Assembly: GCA_965222115.1 (NCBI GenBank) | Contig: CBDCTJ010000007.1 | Span: forward strand, 480,001-544,000 | Direction of reading: 5' to 3' | Length of the DNA: 64,000 nt | Origin: Planctomycetota bacterium | GTDB taxonomy: Bacteria; Planctomycetota; PLA2; JAEUHO01 | In this document: piece after piece, positions 28,436 through 37,841 of the stretch | How positions within the stretch are numbered: position 1 is the stretch's first letter | How the letters are laid out: each line of letters opens with the position of its first letter | Notes under the pieces: model-generated | Databases searched by the model: none | What the model saw: only the letters and a program-made list of their open reading frames with translations | What the model was told of the DNA's origin: nothing | Made by a program: the position numbers and the translations under genes

Positions 28436-30106
28436 CTACTTGATCTGCACGGGCACGTTCGTGCGCTGCCCTGTTACGACTATTATTTCCTTCACCTCGA
28501 TGGCATCGGCGTCTCCGACCCCCACGTACAATGTGTACCGGCCGGGACGCAGCGAGTCGATTAAGATATCCTCGCCGTCGGCAATTTGCTCCAGGCTTAC
28601 GTACCAAGTCTTGCCATCCGCCTCTGCCGCTTCCTCGTACCCGATCCTAACTTGTTCATCGACAATACGCTTTCCTCCACGCGAAAGCTGCATGGCGATG
28701 GCGCCAGCACGCGCTAACCGCACCACGAGACTCGGAGCGTCGCCCTCGCTAAGCATGCCGACCGTATCCTCGGTTGGAAGATACCCTGGCATTGATGTCG
28801 TTACCGTGCAGACACCCGCGGGTACGTAGAATCGGGTCGAGCGCCTTTGGCCCTCAACGCTGCAGTTTCCAAATGCGCGCCAGTCACCAGCTACATCCCG
28901 CACGTGCCAGGAGACGTTCGAATCCGGAGGAATCACCTCTCCGGGCGCAGTGACCAGCGAGACTGAAACAGCGATTGATGGAGGTAGTCTAAGATCTAGC
29001 TCCTCGTAGTCCCTCTCAAGCCTGATATCCTTGCTGATGACGTACTTCTCGAGACTAATTGAAAGGCGATAATTGCCCTTGGGGACCTCTGTCTTCACCT
29101 GGGCGGCGTCTTCGAAATCTCGCCCCAGAAGCAGTTTCCTCGACGTTGCCTCAGTTTGGGCGCTCGCGCCCCTGAATTTTACTTCGTCCACATGCGGCAA
29201 GGTGCCGTTTTGCTCAGATACTCGCAGCTTCAACCGGCAAACTTCCTGGAGTGTGCTGTCAACCTGAAGGAAAACGCTACTTGTAACTCCCCGGGCAATG
29301 GTCACTTCTTGACGAACAACTGGCGGAGGTCCATCGAGCCGGTCCTCCCAGTGGTGCCCGTATCGAATCACGATTTCTGCCTCTCCCACCGGAATCCCCT
29401 CCAGAGTGGCAGCGCCGTCTTGACCAATAGTCACATGGTCAATACCTGTTGCTGCCACAAGGTACGCTGACAACCCCAATTTGTCACTCCAACCGTTTAC
29501 GGAAATGCGCAGTGTACCTCCAGGACCAAGTGCAACTGTGCGGGCGTCTCGCGGGCCCGAAGCGCGTCCAGATGTAAGCACAGCCTTACCTGCATACCCG
29601 GGAGCGGCAATCCAGAGGCGCCGTACTTCCGACCGCAAGCCGACCGTACCTCGCGCATCAGAAGCGCCTATGAGACTTGTGTCTGCGCTCACGGGGCGAA
29701 GAATGCGCTCCAAGTAATCCATCTCCGACGAATCCCGGGACTTGACGACATAGACTTGAGCACCCTCAATTGGATGACCATCACGCGTGACGATTCGGAG
29801 CCAATCATTCGGTTGAGGTCCCTTGATACTTTCGAGACCAGCATCTTTAGCGGTATGCCCTCCAGACGACTCCCTGACGGAGGACCCACTGTTAGACGTT
29901 GGATTCGCGTTCCGTGTGACATGAGGCGTCTCGCGGTCCCCATATGGACGTAGTCCCGGTAGATCAGGATTCATAGAACGCGCGTGCTCGCCTAGCACTG
30001 CGACTGGAACCTCTTCACGGGGGGAGATCAGCATCAAGAACATACCGACCATAATGCAAGCCAGTACACCCACGGCGACCTTCTTGCCTCTACTCGGTTT
30101 TGACAT
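28436..30106 (-). CDS. Single-pass membrane protein with carboxypeptidase-regulatory-like beta-sandwich repeats, directly downstream of the RHS gene
   Basis: N-terminal TM VAVGVLACIMVGMFLMLI; DGHPIEGAQV...SDARG; APGYA; LRPGRYTL; 6 bp from the RHS stop. Confidence 0.8.
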   Translation of the reverse strand: MSKPSRGKKVAVGVLACIMVGMFLMLISPREEVPVAVLGEHARSMNPDLPGLRPYGDRETPHVTRNANPTSNSGSSVRESSGGHTAKDAGLESIKGPQPNDWLRIVTRDGHPIEGAQVYVVKSRDSSEMDYLERILRPVSADTSLIGASDARGTVGLRSEVRRLWIAAPGYAGKAVLTSGRASGPRDARTVALGPGGTLRISVNGWSDKLGLSAYLVAATGIDHVTIGQDGAATLEGIPVGEAEIVIRYGHHWEDRLDGPPPVVRQEVTIARGVTSSVFLQVDSTLQEVCRLKLRVSEQNGTLPHVDEVKFRGASAQTEATSRKLLLGRDFEDAAQVKTEVPKGNYRLSISLEKYVISKDIRLERDYEELDLRLPPSIAVSVSLVTAPGEVIPPDSNVSWHVRDVAGDWRAFGNCSVEGQRRSTRFYVPAGVCTVTTSMPGYLPTEDTVGMLSEGDAPSLVVRLARAGAIAMQLSRGGKRIVDEQVRIGYEEAAEADGKTWYVSLEQIADGEDILIDSLRPGRYTLYVGVGDADAIEVKEIIVVTGQRTNVPVQIK

Positions 30107-30112
30107 GGACTG

Positions 30113-33100
30113 CTACTTTCGGGCGCACTTTCGGTTCTTGAAGTACACAGTACACTTAATCGTGAGTGTCCATCCTCCGTATTCGTCGTTTCGTGAGTCC
30201 TGACATGTGCAGATCTTGCTTTTCACTTCAATCTGACACTCGCAGCCGTCACCCAGCGCCTGGCACTTCTTTTTGCCCTTCGATTGCGCAGAGCTAAGGG
30301 CTGACTGTTCCAAGCGCTTCTCGGCCTCCGCCGCCTTCCCTTTGGCCCGCTTGCCGTGCGACTTACAGCGACTAGTGGAAGATATGATTTCGGGGCCGAC
30401 CTCCATCCTTACTGGACCACACTGTCCGCGGCACTTATCGCGCGCTGGTTTTCCCCAGCAAGAAAGTACTTCGACTCTCGGCTTCCAATCAAAAACTCCG
30501 AAGTTCACGACGTAAGAGCGCTGCCGCTCCCAATTCACGCCGTAGGCGACATCGAGACGGCGGATGCGGTCATACGATTCACTTGTCGTCCCGAATGGAT
30601 CGCGAAATTGCACGGGATTGGCATCCGCGTACAAATAGAGAGTCACGCCTGCGTCATGCCCCAGGGGATCTCTTCCTAGGAATCTCCCGTCCTCGTGAGA
30701 GTAGTACCTTGCTCGATACTGCCAAAGCCCCGACTCCTCATCAAACCACCGCCCCGTATAGCCAACATCTTGCCCAAGCGGATCACTCCCTTGAGTCACA
30801 CCACCACGTGTAATCGTCCACTCCCCATACGGCGTATACCGATACTCCGCCGCCTCAGTTTCATCCTCCTCGCTGATGTACATGACCGAACCGAGAGCAT
30901 TTCGGTGATAGAAGTTCCGCGTCAGCTCCGTGGTGTTGCTATCCCCATCAAAGTCAAGCACATCGGCCTGCTCGAGCATGACGACCTTGTCAATACCCTG
31001 ACCATAGACAAAGCGCTGCTTCCACGTCGTCTGCCCATTGCACGCCTCGATGACCTCGACGCCAGAGAGAATGTGACGCTCGACCACCGAATCTACCGTC
31101 TTCTCCACGCGCCTACCCGCCGCATCGTACTTGTAAGACGCAATCAACAGGCCCACATTGTCGCGCACCTCAACAAGCTGATTGCGGTAATCGTAGACGT
31201 ACTCCTGATTCCCGTCGTCGGTGAGATTGCCGTTGTCGTCGTAGAGGTAGGTGGTTCCGCCAACAGCCGTGTACTGATTGAGATTGTTGGTCGTGTAGCT
31301 CGTTGACGACGCGCTTCCGCCATAAGGCGTTACGTCCTTCGTGTTTCGATTTCCATCGTCGTCCATGTCGAACTCGATAAGATCGTCATACGCATTCCCT
31401 ACAGGACTGTCGGGCGTCGTTGAGCCCATGTAGGCCTTTTCAAGTCGACGAATGTTGTCGTACACAAACGCGTCGCCCGAACTACCAGACGCACCAAAGC
31501 GCTCATACGTTCGGTCATGAACATCGTTGTAGCCATAGTCCATGCGCACCAACGTGTTGCCCACCGAATCCTTGTGATGAATGCTCGACACCTCGTTTCG
31601 AAAGCCCGAATACGAATTTTCCTGCGTGGTGTCGTTCTCGAACGTGGCCTTCTTTTCGCGCATACCGATGTAAGTATAGCTTGCAATCGTGTTTGTGCCG
31701 TCGCTGATCGTGCTGAGTGCGCCAATGTCGTTGTAGGTGTAGGTGAGATCGAGCCCGCTGGGGTACTCCTCAGTCGTTTTGCGACCCAGCGCATCGTAGA
31801 TGTTCTTGACCGTCTTGGCATGGGCCGTTCCGGTGGCGTACTCCTGCTTCTCGCTGTAGAGCAGCGAGCGCATGCCGAGTACGGCGTGCTCGAAGGTTAG
31901 CTTGTAATCGTTATCGTTGTTGGTGAGCATGCGACCCAAAGCGTCGAAGGTTCGCGTCTCACTCGTGGTACCCACAAATCCCGTCGCGCGAGTCACCGTA
32001 CGCGCTGTGTTTCGCCCAAGCGCGTCAAAGGTATCTGCGATGACATTCCCTGCCGCGTCGGTAATCTGCGTGACGTTGTCCTCTTTGTCATAGACCCAAG
32101 AGACCGTCTTGAGGTTGGGGTAGGTCATGGTCGTCTTGCGATTGAGCGCATCGTAGGCCCACGTGGTGTTGTTCCCACCGTCGTCTTTGTGGCTATCGAG
32201 GCGACTATTCTTGTCGAAACCCCACTCGGTCACTTGTGCCGCAGTGAAGTCGTCAATCGTTGTCCCGGTTGAGATCGCACGCTCACGCTTGGTCATGCGC
32301 CCCAAACCATCGAAGGTCCAGCGCGTGGGATTGCCCTCGGCGTTTACCAGGAACGTACGATTTCCACGGCTGTCGTAGTAAAGATCCGTGGTCAGCGAGT
32401 TGGTGCCGACAAGCCGGTCTTTCTCAGTAACCGAGGTCTTGCGACCCAGCTCGTCATACGTAGCCGAGTATTCGTGCGTTACGCTGCTCGCGCCGTCGAT
32501 TTCCTCAATCGACGTGGCCGTCACATTGCCGTTTTTGTCAAGCGTGCTGGTCACGACATTGCCCATCGCGTCTTCCACTTCGATTCTTCGCCCCGCGGCA
32601 TCGTAATCGAAGAGCGTGTCATTACTGAGCGCGTCCGTGATCTTGCTGACTTGGCCGGTCTTGAGGCGCGTCATGGTCGTGACCGCATCCGAGTAGGTGG
32701 TGCCCGGCTGCTTTCGAAGGTCTGACGTCTTCCAGTGGCGACCACGCTCGTCAAAGTAGCGCGTCGAACGTTGCAGCTCGGTGTTCGAAGAATCGTAGCG
32801 CTGGATCTTCGTCACATTGCCCGCGTCGTCCAGCGTGTACTTCGTGTAGTGATTCAGCTCATCCGTCACCTTCGTGCGGCGATCAAAGAGATCGTACGTG
32901 TAGGTCGTGTCGTTGTTGCGTCCATCCGTCACGGTTGTGAGATTGCCATTGTCATCGTAAGCATTGGTGCGCGTAGAGGCTTCCGTTGCGCCGTAGCCAC
33001 GAACATGCGTCGCCACGAGATCGCGCTCGTTGTAAGTCCACGCGATCTTGTTGCCCTCGGGCAAAGTCGTTTGGGTGCGATTTCCATTGGCATCGTAGGT

Positions 33101-34960
33101 GTGCGACGTCGTTCGCGTGGTTGTGGAGTCAATGTCTTCAACCTGCGTGGCGAGTTGATCGCGATCGGTATAAGTGTAGGACGTGGTGATCCAAGGATGA
33201 CTCGTGCTGCGCGTGCCGTCCTTGTCGATATTCTCGACTTCGCGCTTGGTGAGGTTGCTGTTTCCGTCGTAGGAAAACTTCACCTTGTAGTTGAGCGGCG
33301 CGGGCGCTTGCGTTTCCGTGACCCGGCGAAGATTGTCGAACGTACGCGTCGTCACATTGCTTAGGGGGTCGGTCACTGTGGTGACATTCAGCGCACTGTC
33401 ATATCCGTAAATCGTCGTGATCGCCAAGCCAGTCGGATCCACGGTGGTCTTCTCAAGCAAATCCTCATTAGGGCCAGAGGAAAAGTAGGTGTAGGTCGTC
33501 TCCGTACCTTCCTCGTCCGTGAATTTTGTAATCTGCCCGTAGGAGTTGAACGTGGTGGTGGTGCTTGCGGATTGGCTCGCGGGATTCGTGACCGTGGGGT
33601 GCGTCACGCCGGTTCGATTACCGCTGCTGTCGACCGTGTAGGTCCAGGCATTGCCGTTTTTGTCCGTGTAGCCCGTCATGTAGTTGCCGGAGTTGTAGGT
33701 CCAGCTCTCCACAATATCGGAACTTCCATTCGTGCTCGTGTCCGTTGTCTTCTGGCGACGTTCGGTCAAGTTGTTCTCGCTGTCCCAGGTGAAGTCCACG
33801 CGGTTGTCCCGTGGATAGACGATGGTATCCAACTGATCGCCCGTGTAGCGATACTCCGTCACGTACTTGGCCGTGCCGCCAACGAGCATGTCCGTTTTAT
33901 CTACGAGCGAGCCAGTAAAGTGATAGCGATGAACGTTCCCCTCGCCGTCCGTGCGCGTGGTGAGTCCCGAGGAATAGGAATAGTCCACGTCGTCGCCGTC
34001 AATCGTGACCGTCGAGATCTTCTTTGTTGAGCCGTCGTAGGCATACTCGTAAACCGTGTTGCCGCGGCCATCAACGATACTCGTGAGACGATCCGAACCG
34101 TCATAATGCCATGTCGTGGTGATGCCCGACGTCTGGTCAGCCGTCGTCGGCGTTTTGATGGTTTTGAGGTTGTTGTTGGCGTCGTACGTGAACGTCCACT
34201 CACGACCGGCGGGATCTTCAATCTCGGTGATGTAGCCGTCGGTGTTTGACGTGATGGTAAAGGACTTGCCCCGCGTATCAGTAATGTCGGTCAGCTGAAG
34301 ATTCGAATCGTAATCAAAATCAATGATGTTTCCGTTGCGATCACCGAATTCATTGGGCATTCCATTGGAATCGAACAAAATCGTCTCGCCCGTCTTGCTG
34401 GTCAGAAGATAGTCGCCGTTGGTGTCTGTCGTGAGCGTATCGGTTACCAAGCAGGTCTCGGGAGAATAAGAAACGGCATCCCAGCCAAAGACGTTGATCT
34501 CGCCGGATGAGTGGCGAATCCGAACCTCGTGCCCACCGTCGCCATCAGGATCGTTCTCGTCGAGGATGACTTTCTCGGCGGTTGTCTCCCAGCTTCCAAT
34601 CGCACCCGCGCCCATCTGCGTGACACCATCAATCATGCTGCGCCAGCGAACTGACAAGTTCAACGAGGACACACGCCCGGGGAACGTGAGGATCGCGTGA
34701 TCGACAAACAACTCACCGCTACGCACATCCACACCTTCCGGAGAACTGGTCGGCGCTGACGGGCAGCCGCACCCACCACATGCAGAACATGCGCTAACCG
34801 TGGATGTGTTGTCCCAGAACGGGTCGGCATACGGACTTCCGCTACCCTCTGCGCCATGCCTCGTAAGCGCGAATAGGGCCACTAGGGCGCAAGTAGCCAA
34901 GATTAGAACAAGTGCGCGACCCGCGGATGAGTTGGAAATGCGGCGGATAATCTGCGTCAT
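30113..34960 (-). CDS. RHS/YD-repeat protein with N-terminal signal/TM segment and Cys-rich C-terminal cargo
   Basis: Many YDxxGR/N repeats; GVDVRSGEL plug-like motif; core YTGRWFDEESGLWQYRARYY...RDPLG...NPVQFRDPFG; GAGGGG RBS before ATG 34960. Confidence 0.95.
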   Translation of the reverse strand: MTQIIRRISNSSAGRALVLILATCALVALFALTRHGAEGSGSPYADPFWDNTSTVSACSACGGCGCPSAPTSSPEGVDVRSGELFVDHAILTFPGRVSSLNLSVRWRSMIDGVTQMGAGAIGSWETTAEKVILDENDPDGDGGHEVRIRHSSGEINVFGWDAVSYSPETCLVTDTLTTDTNGDYLLTSKTGETILFDSNGMPNEFGDRNGNIIDFDYDSNLQLTDITDTRGKSFTITSNTDGYITEIEDPAGREWTFTYDANNNLKTIKTPTTADQTSGITTTWHYDGSDRLTSIVDGRGNTVYEYAYDGSTKKISTVTIDGDDVDYSYSSGLTTRTDGEGNVHRYHFTGSLVDKTDMLVGGTAKYVTEYRYTGDQLDTIVYPRDNRVDFTWDSENNLTERRQKTTDTSTNGSSDIVESWTYNSGNYMTGYTDKNGNAWTYTVDSSGNRTGVTHPTVTNPASQSASTTTTFNSYGQITKFTDEEGTETTYTYFSSGPNEDLLEKTTVDPTGLAITTIYGYDSALNVTTVTDPLSNVTTRTFDNLRRVTETQAPAPLNYKVKFSYDGNSNLTKREVENIDKDGTRSTSHPWITTSYTYTDRDQLATQVEDIDSTTTRTTSHTYDANGNRTQTTLPEGNKIAWTYNERDLVATHVRGYGATEASTRTNAYDDNGNLTTVTDGRNNDTTYTYDLFDRRTKVTDELNHYTKYTLDDAGNVTKIQRYDSSNTELQRSTRYFDERGRHWKTSDLRKQPGTTYSDAVTTMTRLKTGQVSKITDALSNDTLFDYDAAGRRIEVEDAMGNVVTSTLDKNGNVTATSIEEIDGASSVTHEYSATYDELGRKTSVTEKDRLVGTNSLTTDLYYDSRGNRTFLVNAEGNPTRWTFDGLGRMTKRERAISTGTTIDDFTAAQVTEWGFDKNSRLDSHKDDGGNNTTWAYDALNRKTTMTYPNLKTVSWVYDKEDNVTQITDAAGNVIADTFDALGRNTARTVTRATGFVGTTSETRTFDALGRMLTNNDNDYKLTFEHAVLGMRSLLYSEKQEYATGTAHAKTVKNIYDALGRKTTEEYPSGLDLTYTYNDIGALSTISDGTNTIASYTYIGMREKKATFENDTTQENSYSGFRNEVSSIHHKDSVGNTLVRMDYGYNDVHDRTYERFGASGSSGDAFVYDNIRRLEKAYMGSTTPDSPVGNAYDDLIEFDMDDDGNRNTKDVTPYGGSASSTSYTTNNLNQYTAVGGTTYLYDDNGNLTDDGNQEYVYDYRNQLVEVRDNVGLLIASYKYDAAGRRVEKTVDSVVERHILSGVEVIEACNGQTTWKQRFVYGQGIDKVVMLEQADVLDFDGDSNTTELTRNFYHRNALGSVMYISEEDETEAAEYRYTPYGEWTITRGGVTQGSDPLGQDVGYTGRWFDEESGLWQYRARYYSHEDGRFLGRDPLGHDAGVTLYLYADANPVQFRDPFGTTSESYDRIRRLDVAYGVNWERQRSYVVNFGVFDWKPRVEVLSCWGKPARDKCRGQCGPVRMEVGPEIISSTSRCKSHGKRAKGKAAEAEKRLEQSALSSAQSKGKKKCQALGDGCECQIEVKSKICTCQDSRNDEYGGWTLTIKCTVYFKNRKCARK

Positions 34961-35263
34961 AATGAATCCCCTCAGACTCAAGATTACGTACTCAAAGCGA
35001 AAGCTCCTTCACGTGGCAGATACCGAGCCGTCCACCACGACTTCTCCCGACTCTACACCCGCGCAGGGGGCCGAATTGCAAAACCTCGTTTTTTTGCCCT
35101 GTGTGGGTAGCTACGGCAATTTTAAGGAACCTGACAATTGTCACCGCGCGCGCACGCGCGAGCGCAAATGCAGTGCCGTGTTCACTATCGACGGTGGGAT
35201 CGGCACTTACGTCGAATTCTCGTTCGTATAAGCATGCTTTCGTTTGTCGTTCTAAAAACTAGA

Positions 35264-35283
35264 TTGGGAAATCAATTTCCCAA
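35264..35283. promoter_or_regulatory. Perfect palindrome upstream of the RHS operon
   Basis: TTGGGAAAT-CA-ATTTCCCAA in an AT-rich stretch. Confidence 0.55.
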
Positions 35284-35344
35284 CCACGCATGACCAATCG
35301 ATGGCTTGTTCATGACATCTGTTTCACTGGGCCTGCGCTATCAC

Positions 35345-35394
35345 AGGGTTCGCTTCGCTCACCCTTAGCTATCAGCTTTGGCTCCTTCGGAGCC
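35345..35394. repeat. REP-like double-hairpin element
   Basis: AGGGT-tcgcttcgctc-ACCCT followed by GGCTCC-ttc-GGAGCC; single copy in the window. Confidence 0.45.
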
Positions 35395-35537
35395 TCTCTC
35401 TCCTGAACCATTCCCATTGACCGCCGTAACCGAACATCGGGCTGCGCTTGGTGATCTTAGTGTCCTTTGTGAGAGCCTTCTATTCCCAAGAAGCCGCTCC
35501 GCAATCAATGCACGCCCGCACCCCCCAACAGCTCCCC

Positions 35538-37841
35538 TCAACGACGCCCCTCAAGCAAATGCTTCTCAAAGAACCGCAGCATCCGTCGCTGCACATCGTT
35601 TCCGGTGTTTCCTATACCGTGGCCACGTCGCGGATAGAGCATGACTTCGTAGTCTTTGTTGCGTGCGCGCAGCAACGACTCGACAAGCTCGACGGTGTTC
35701 TGCGCGTGGACGTTGTTGTCGTGCAGTCCATGGAGTAACAGCAAGGGGCGCGTGCTTCCATCTGCGTGCTTTACCGCGGATGTGGCGTCGTATGCCTTTT
35801 TGTTCTGGTCCAAGAGGCCCATGTAGCGTTCGGTGTAGGCCGTGTCGTAAAACCGCCAGTCGGTTACGGGCGCTACGGCGACGCCCGCGGCGAATACATT
35901 ACGGTGATGAATAACGCCTTGGCACGCCATGGTGCCGCCATAGGACCAGCCCCAAATGCCAATGCGATTTGCATCTACGTAGGGGCGCTTCGCGATGTGC
36001 TTGGCGATGCGGGCTTGATCGGCGACCTCAACCAAGCTGAGTTTGCCGCGTGTTGCTTTGAGCCAGCTCATGCCTTGACCGGCCGTGCCGCGGCCATCGG
36101 CATGCAACACGAGGTAGCCCTGTTGCGTTAAGAACGTCTGCCAACCAATGCGACGCTCCCACGCGTCGCGCACCATCTGTGAGTCGGGGCCCGCGTAGGT
36201 ATGTACGAGCAGGGGATAGACCTTGGACGAATCAAAGTCGTGGGGCTTGAAGAGGCGGTAGCGAATCTCACCCTTGACGCCATCTTCGTTGATGGGCAGC
36301 TCGCCTTCCTCAAACGTAGCCCAAGGATAGTTGTCGGTCTTCGCGACCCTTGCGTCGTCTAGCAGTTGGTAGGTCGGCGCGTCGCCCTCGCCAAAGGTCA
36401 CCAGTGCGCGGCGCTTGGGGCTGGTTGTTGACGAATGAGAAAGCAAGCCGCGCGTGCCAGCGTCATTCACCGTGAAGCGATGCGTACCGGGAGTCTCTCC
36501 ACGCTGCCATGCGTCGGGGAACTTGATTTCGGTGGGTTCTACGCCCGCTTCGATGCGTTGCATGTAGACGCCGTCGCCCCACCGTTCTCTTGTGCGTGCT
36601 GCATAGACGATGCGCGGCGGGTCGGCGCGAACATGCAACAGGCGTCCCGCAGTCAATGAACGGGGCGTGATGGCCTCGCTAGCCCAGCCACCCTTGGCGC
36701 CTCTAGCGGCTCGCATCCAACGACGATCATCGTCACGCTCGGCGAGATAGAGAAACGCGTTGTTGGTAATCCAACGTGGCGTGGGCGTATCTTCAATCCA
36801 TGTGTCGCTCGTTTCGGTGACCGCAACAGCCAACTGCCGTGAACGTCGATCAAAAACGTGGATGCGCATGACCTGTTGCGCTCGATCGAGCGAAAGAATC
36901 GCCGCGTGCCTTGAATCGGGCGACCATGAAATGCGAATGATGTAGTGTGCATCCTTTAGAGGCAGTGCATACGAGACCGGCATGGTGTCGTTTTTGATAG
37001 GCGACGTGATTCGTTTGTAGAAGAGCGTTGCCTTCGGATTGGGATCCCCCACTTTGGGATAACGAATCACCTTGGGCGCTCCACGCGCGTGCAGCATGTC
37101 GGGCATCGAGAACGTGGGCACGTTTGTCTGATCCAGACGCAGCCAGAGCAACCCCTGATCCCCCGGCGCCCACCACACGCCGTGACGCAGCCCAAACTCT
37201 TCGGGGTAGAGCCAATCCAAGGATCCGTTGCGGTAGAGATCGGACCCGCCGCTCGACATGAGCATGGAAGGACCGCCGCGTGTTTCGACCACATGGACAT
37301 CGTGATCCTTGCAATAGGAGACAAAGTCGCCCTTGGGGCTCACTTGAACATCGGAAATCGGTTTGTCGGATGACGCGAGGGGGCGTGTTTCGCCGGTCGA
37401 AAGATCGTGCCAAAGCAACTGGCTGCGCACGCGCACGCACACATGCTTACCATCCTTCGCCCACACGAGCTCAGGCGCCCCCGATCGACCGATGCCCCGC
37501 GCACTTGGGCCACCTGCTTTGGCATGTGCCTTAATGGCGGCCAAGTCGGCGATGTCTTTGTGCTTATCGGTGAGTGGATCCCAGGTTTCGATCACACGCT
37601 TTGCGCGCCGGCCGGGCCCTTTGCGGCGCACGCGCATGAGGGTGTTGTGGCCGGGTCGCCATGACCATTTGGGTAGTGACTTTGTGGCGCGGCCGGAACG
37701 ACGTGCGTTTTCTAAGGTAAGTGGCTTGTGCTTCTTGGTCGCTTTCTCTTTGGCGTGAAGCGGCACACCTAGCGTCAAGCACACAGCAAAGGACAATACG
37801 GCCACGCAGAGATTCACTTGCTTCAGCCGTGTGTCCTGCAT
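35538..37841 (-). CDS. S9B dipeptidyl-peptidase IV family protein, secreted
   Basis: Signal peptide; DWLYPEEF, YPKVGDPNP, GIWGWSYGG, DNNVH, YPRRGHGI; start overlaps the metG stop. Confidence 0.95.
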   Translation of the reverse strand: MQDTRLKQVNLCVAVLSFAVCLTLGVPLHAKEKATKKHKPLTLENARRSGRATKSLPKWSWRPGHNTLMRVRRKGPGRRAKRVIETWDPLTDKHKDIADLAAIKAHAKAGGPSARGIGRSGAPELVWAKDGKHVCVRVRSQLLWHDLSTGETRPLASSDKPISDVQVSPKGDFVSYCKDHDVHVVETRGGPSMLMSSGGSDLYRNGSLDWLYPEEFGLRHGVWWAPGDQGLLWLRLDQTNVPTFSMPDMLHARGAPKVIRYPKVGDPNPKATLFYKRITSPIKNDTMPVSYALPLKDAHYIIRISWSPDSRHAAILSLDRAQQVMRIHVFDRRSRQLAVAVTETSDTWIEDTPTPRWITNNAFLYLAERDDDRRWMRAARGAKGGWASEAITPRSLTAGRLLHVRADPPRIVYAARTRERWGDGVYMQRIEAGVEPTEIKFPDAWQRGETPGTHRFTVNDAGTRGLLSHSSTTSPKRRALVTFGEGDAPTYQLLDDARVAKTDNYPWATFEEGELPINEDGVKGEIRYRLFKPHDFDSSKVYPLLVHTYAGPDSQMVRDAWERRIGWQTFLTQQGYLVLHADGRGTAGQGMSWLKATRGKLSLVEVADQARIAKHIAKRPYVDANRIGIWGWSYGGTMACQGVIHHRNVFAAGVAVAPVTDWRFYDTAYTERYMGLLDQNKKAYDATSAVKHADGSTRPLLLLHGLHDNNVHAQNTVELVESLLRARNKDYEVMLYPRRGHGIGNTGNDVQRRMLRFFEKHLLEGRR

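Noticed and set aside
25893-35375. Imperfect direct repeat CCTAGCTAACAG / CTTAGCTATCAG at the island edges
   Set aside because: 10/12 identity is within chance, and the second copy is part of the REP-like element.
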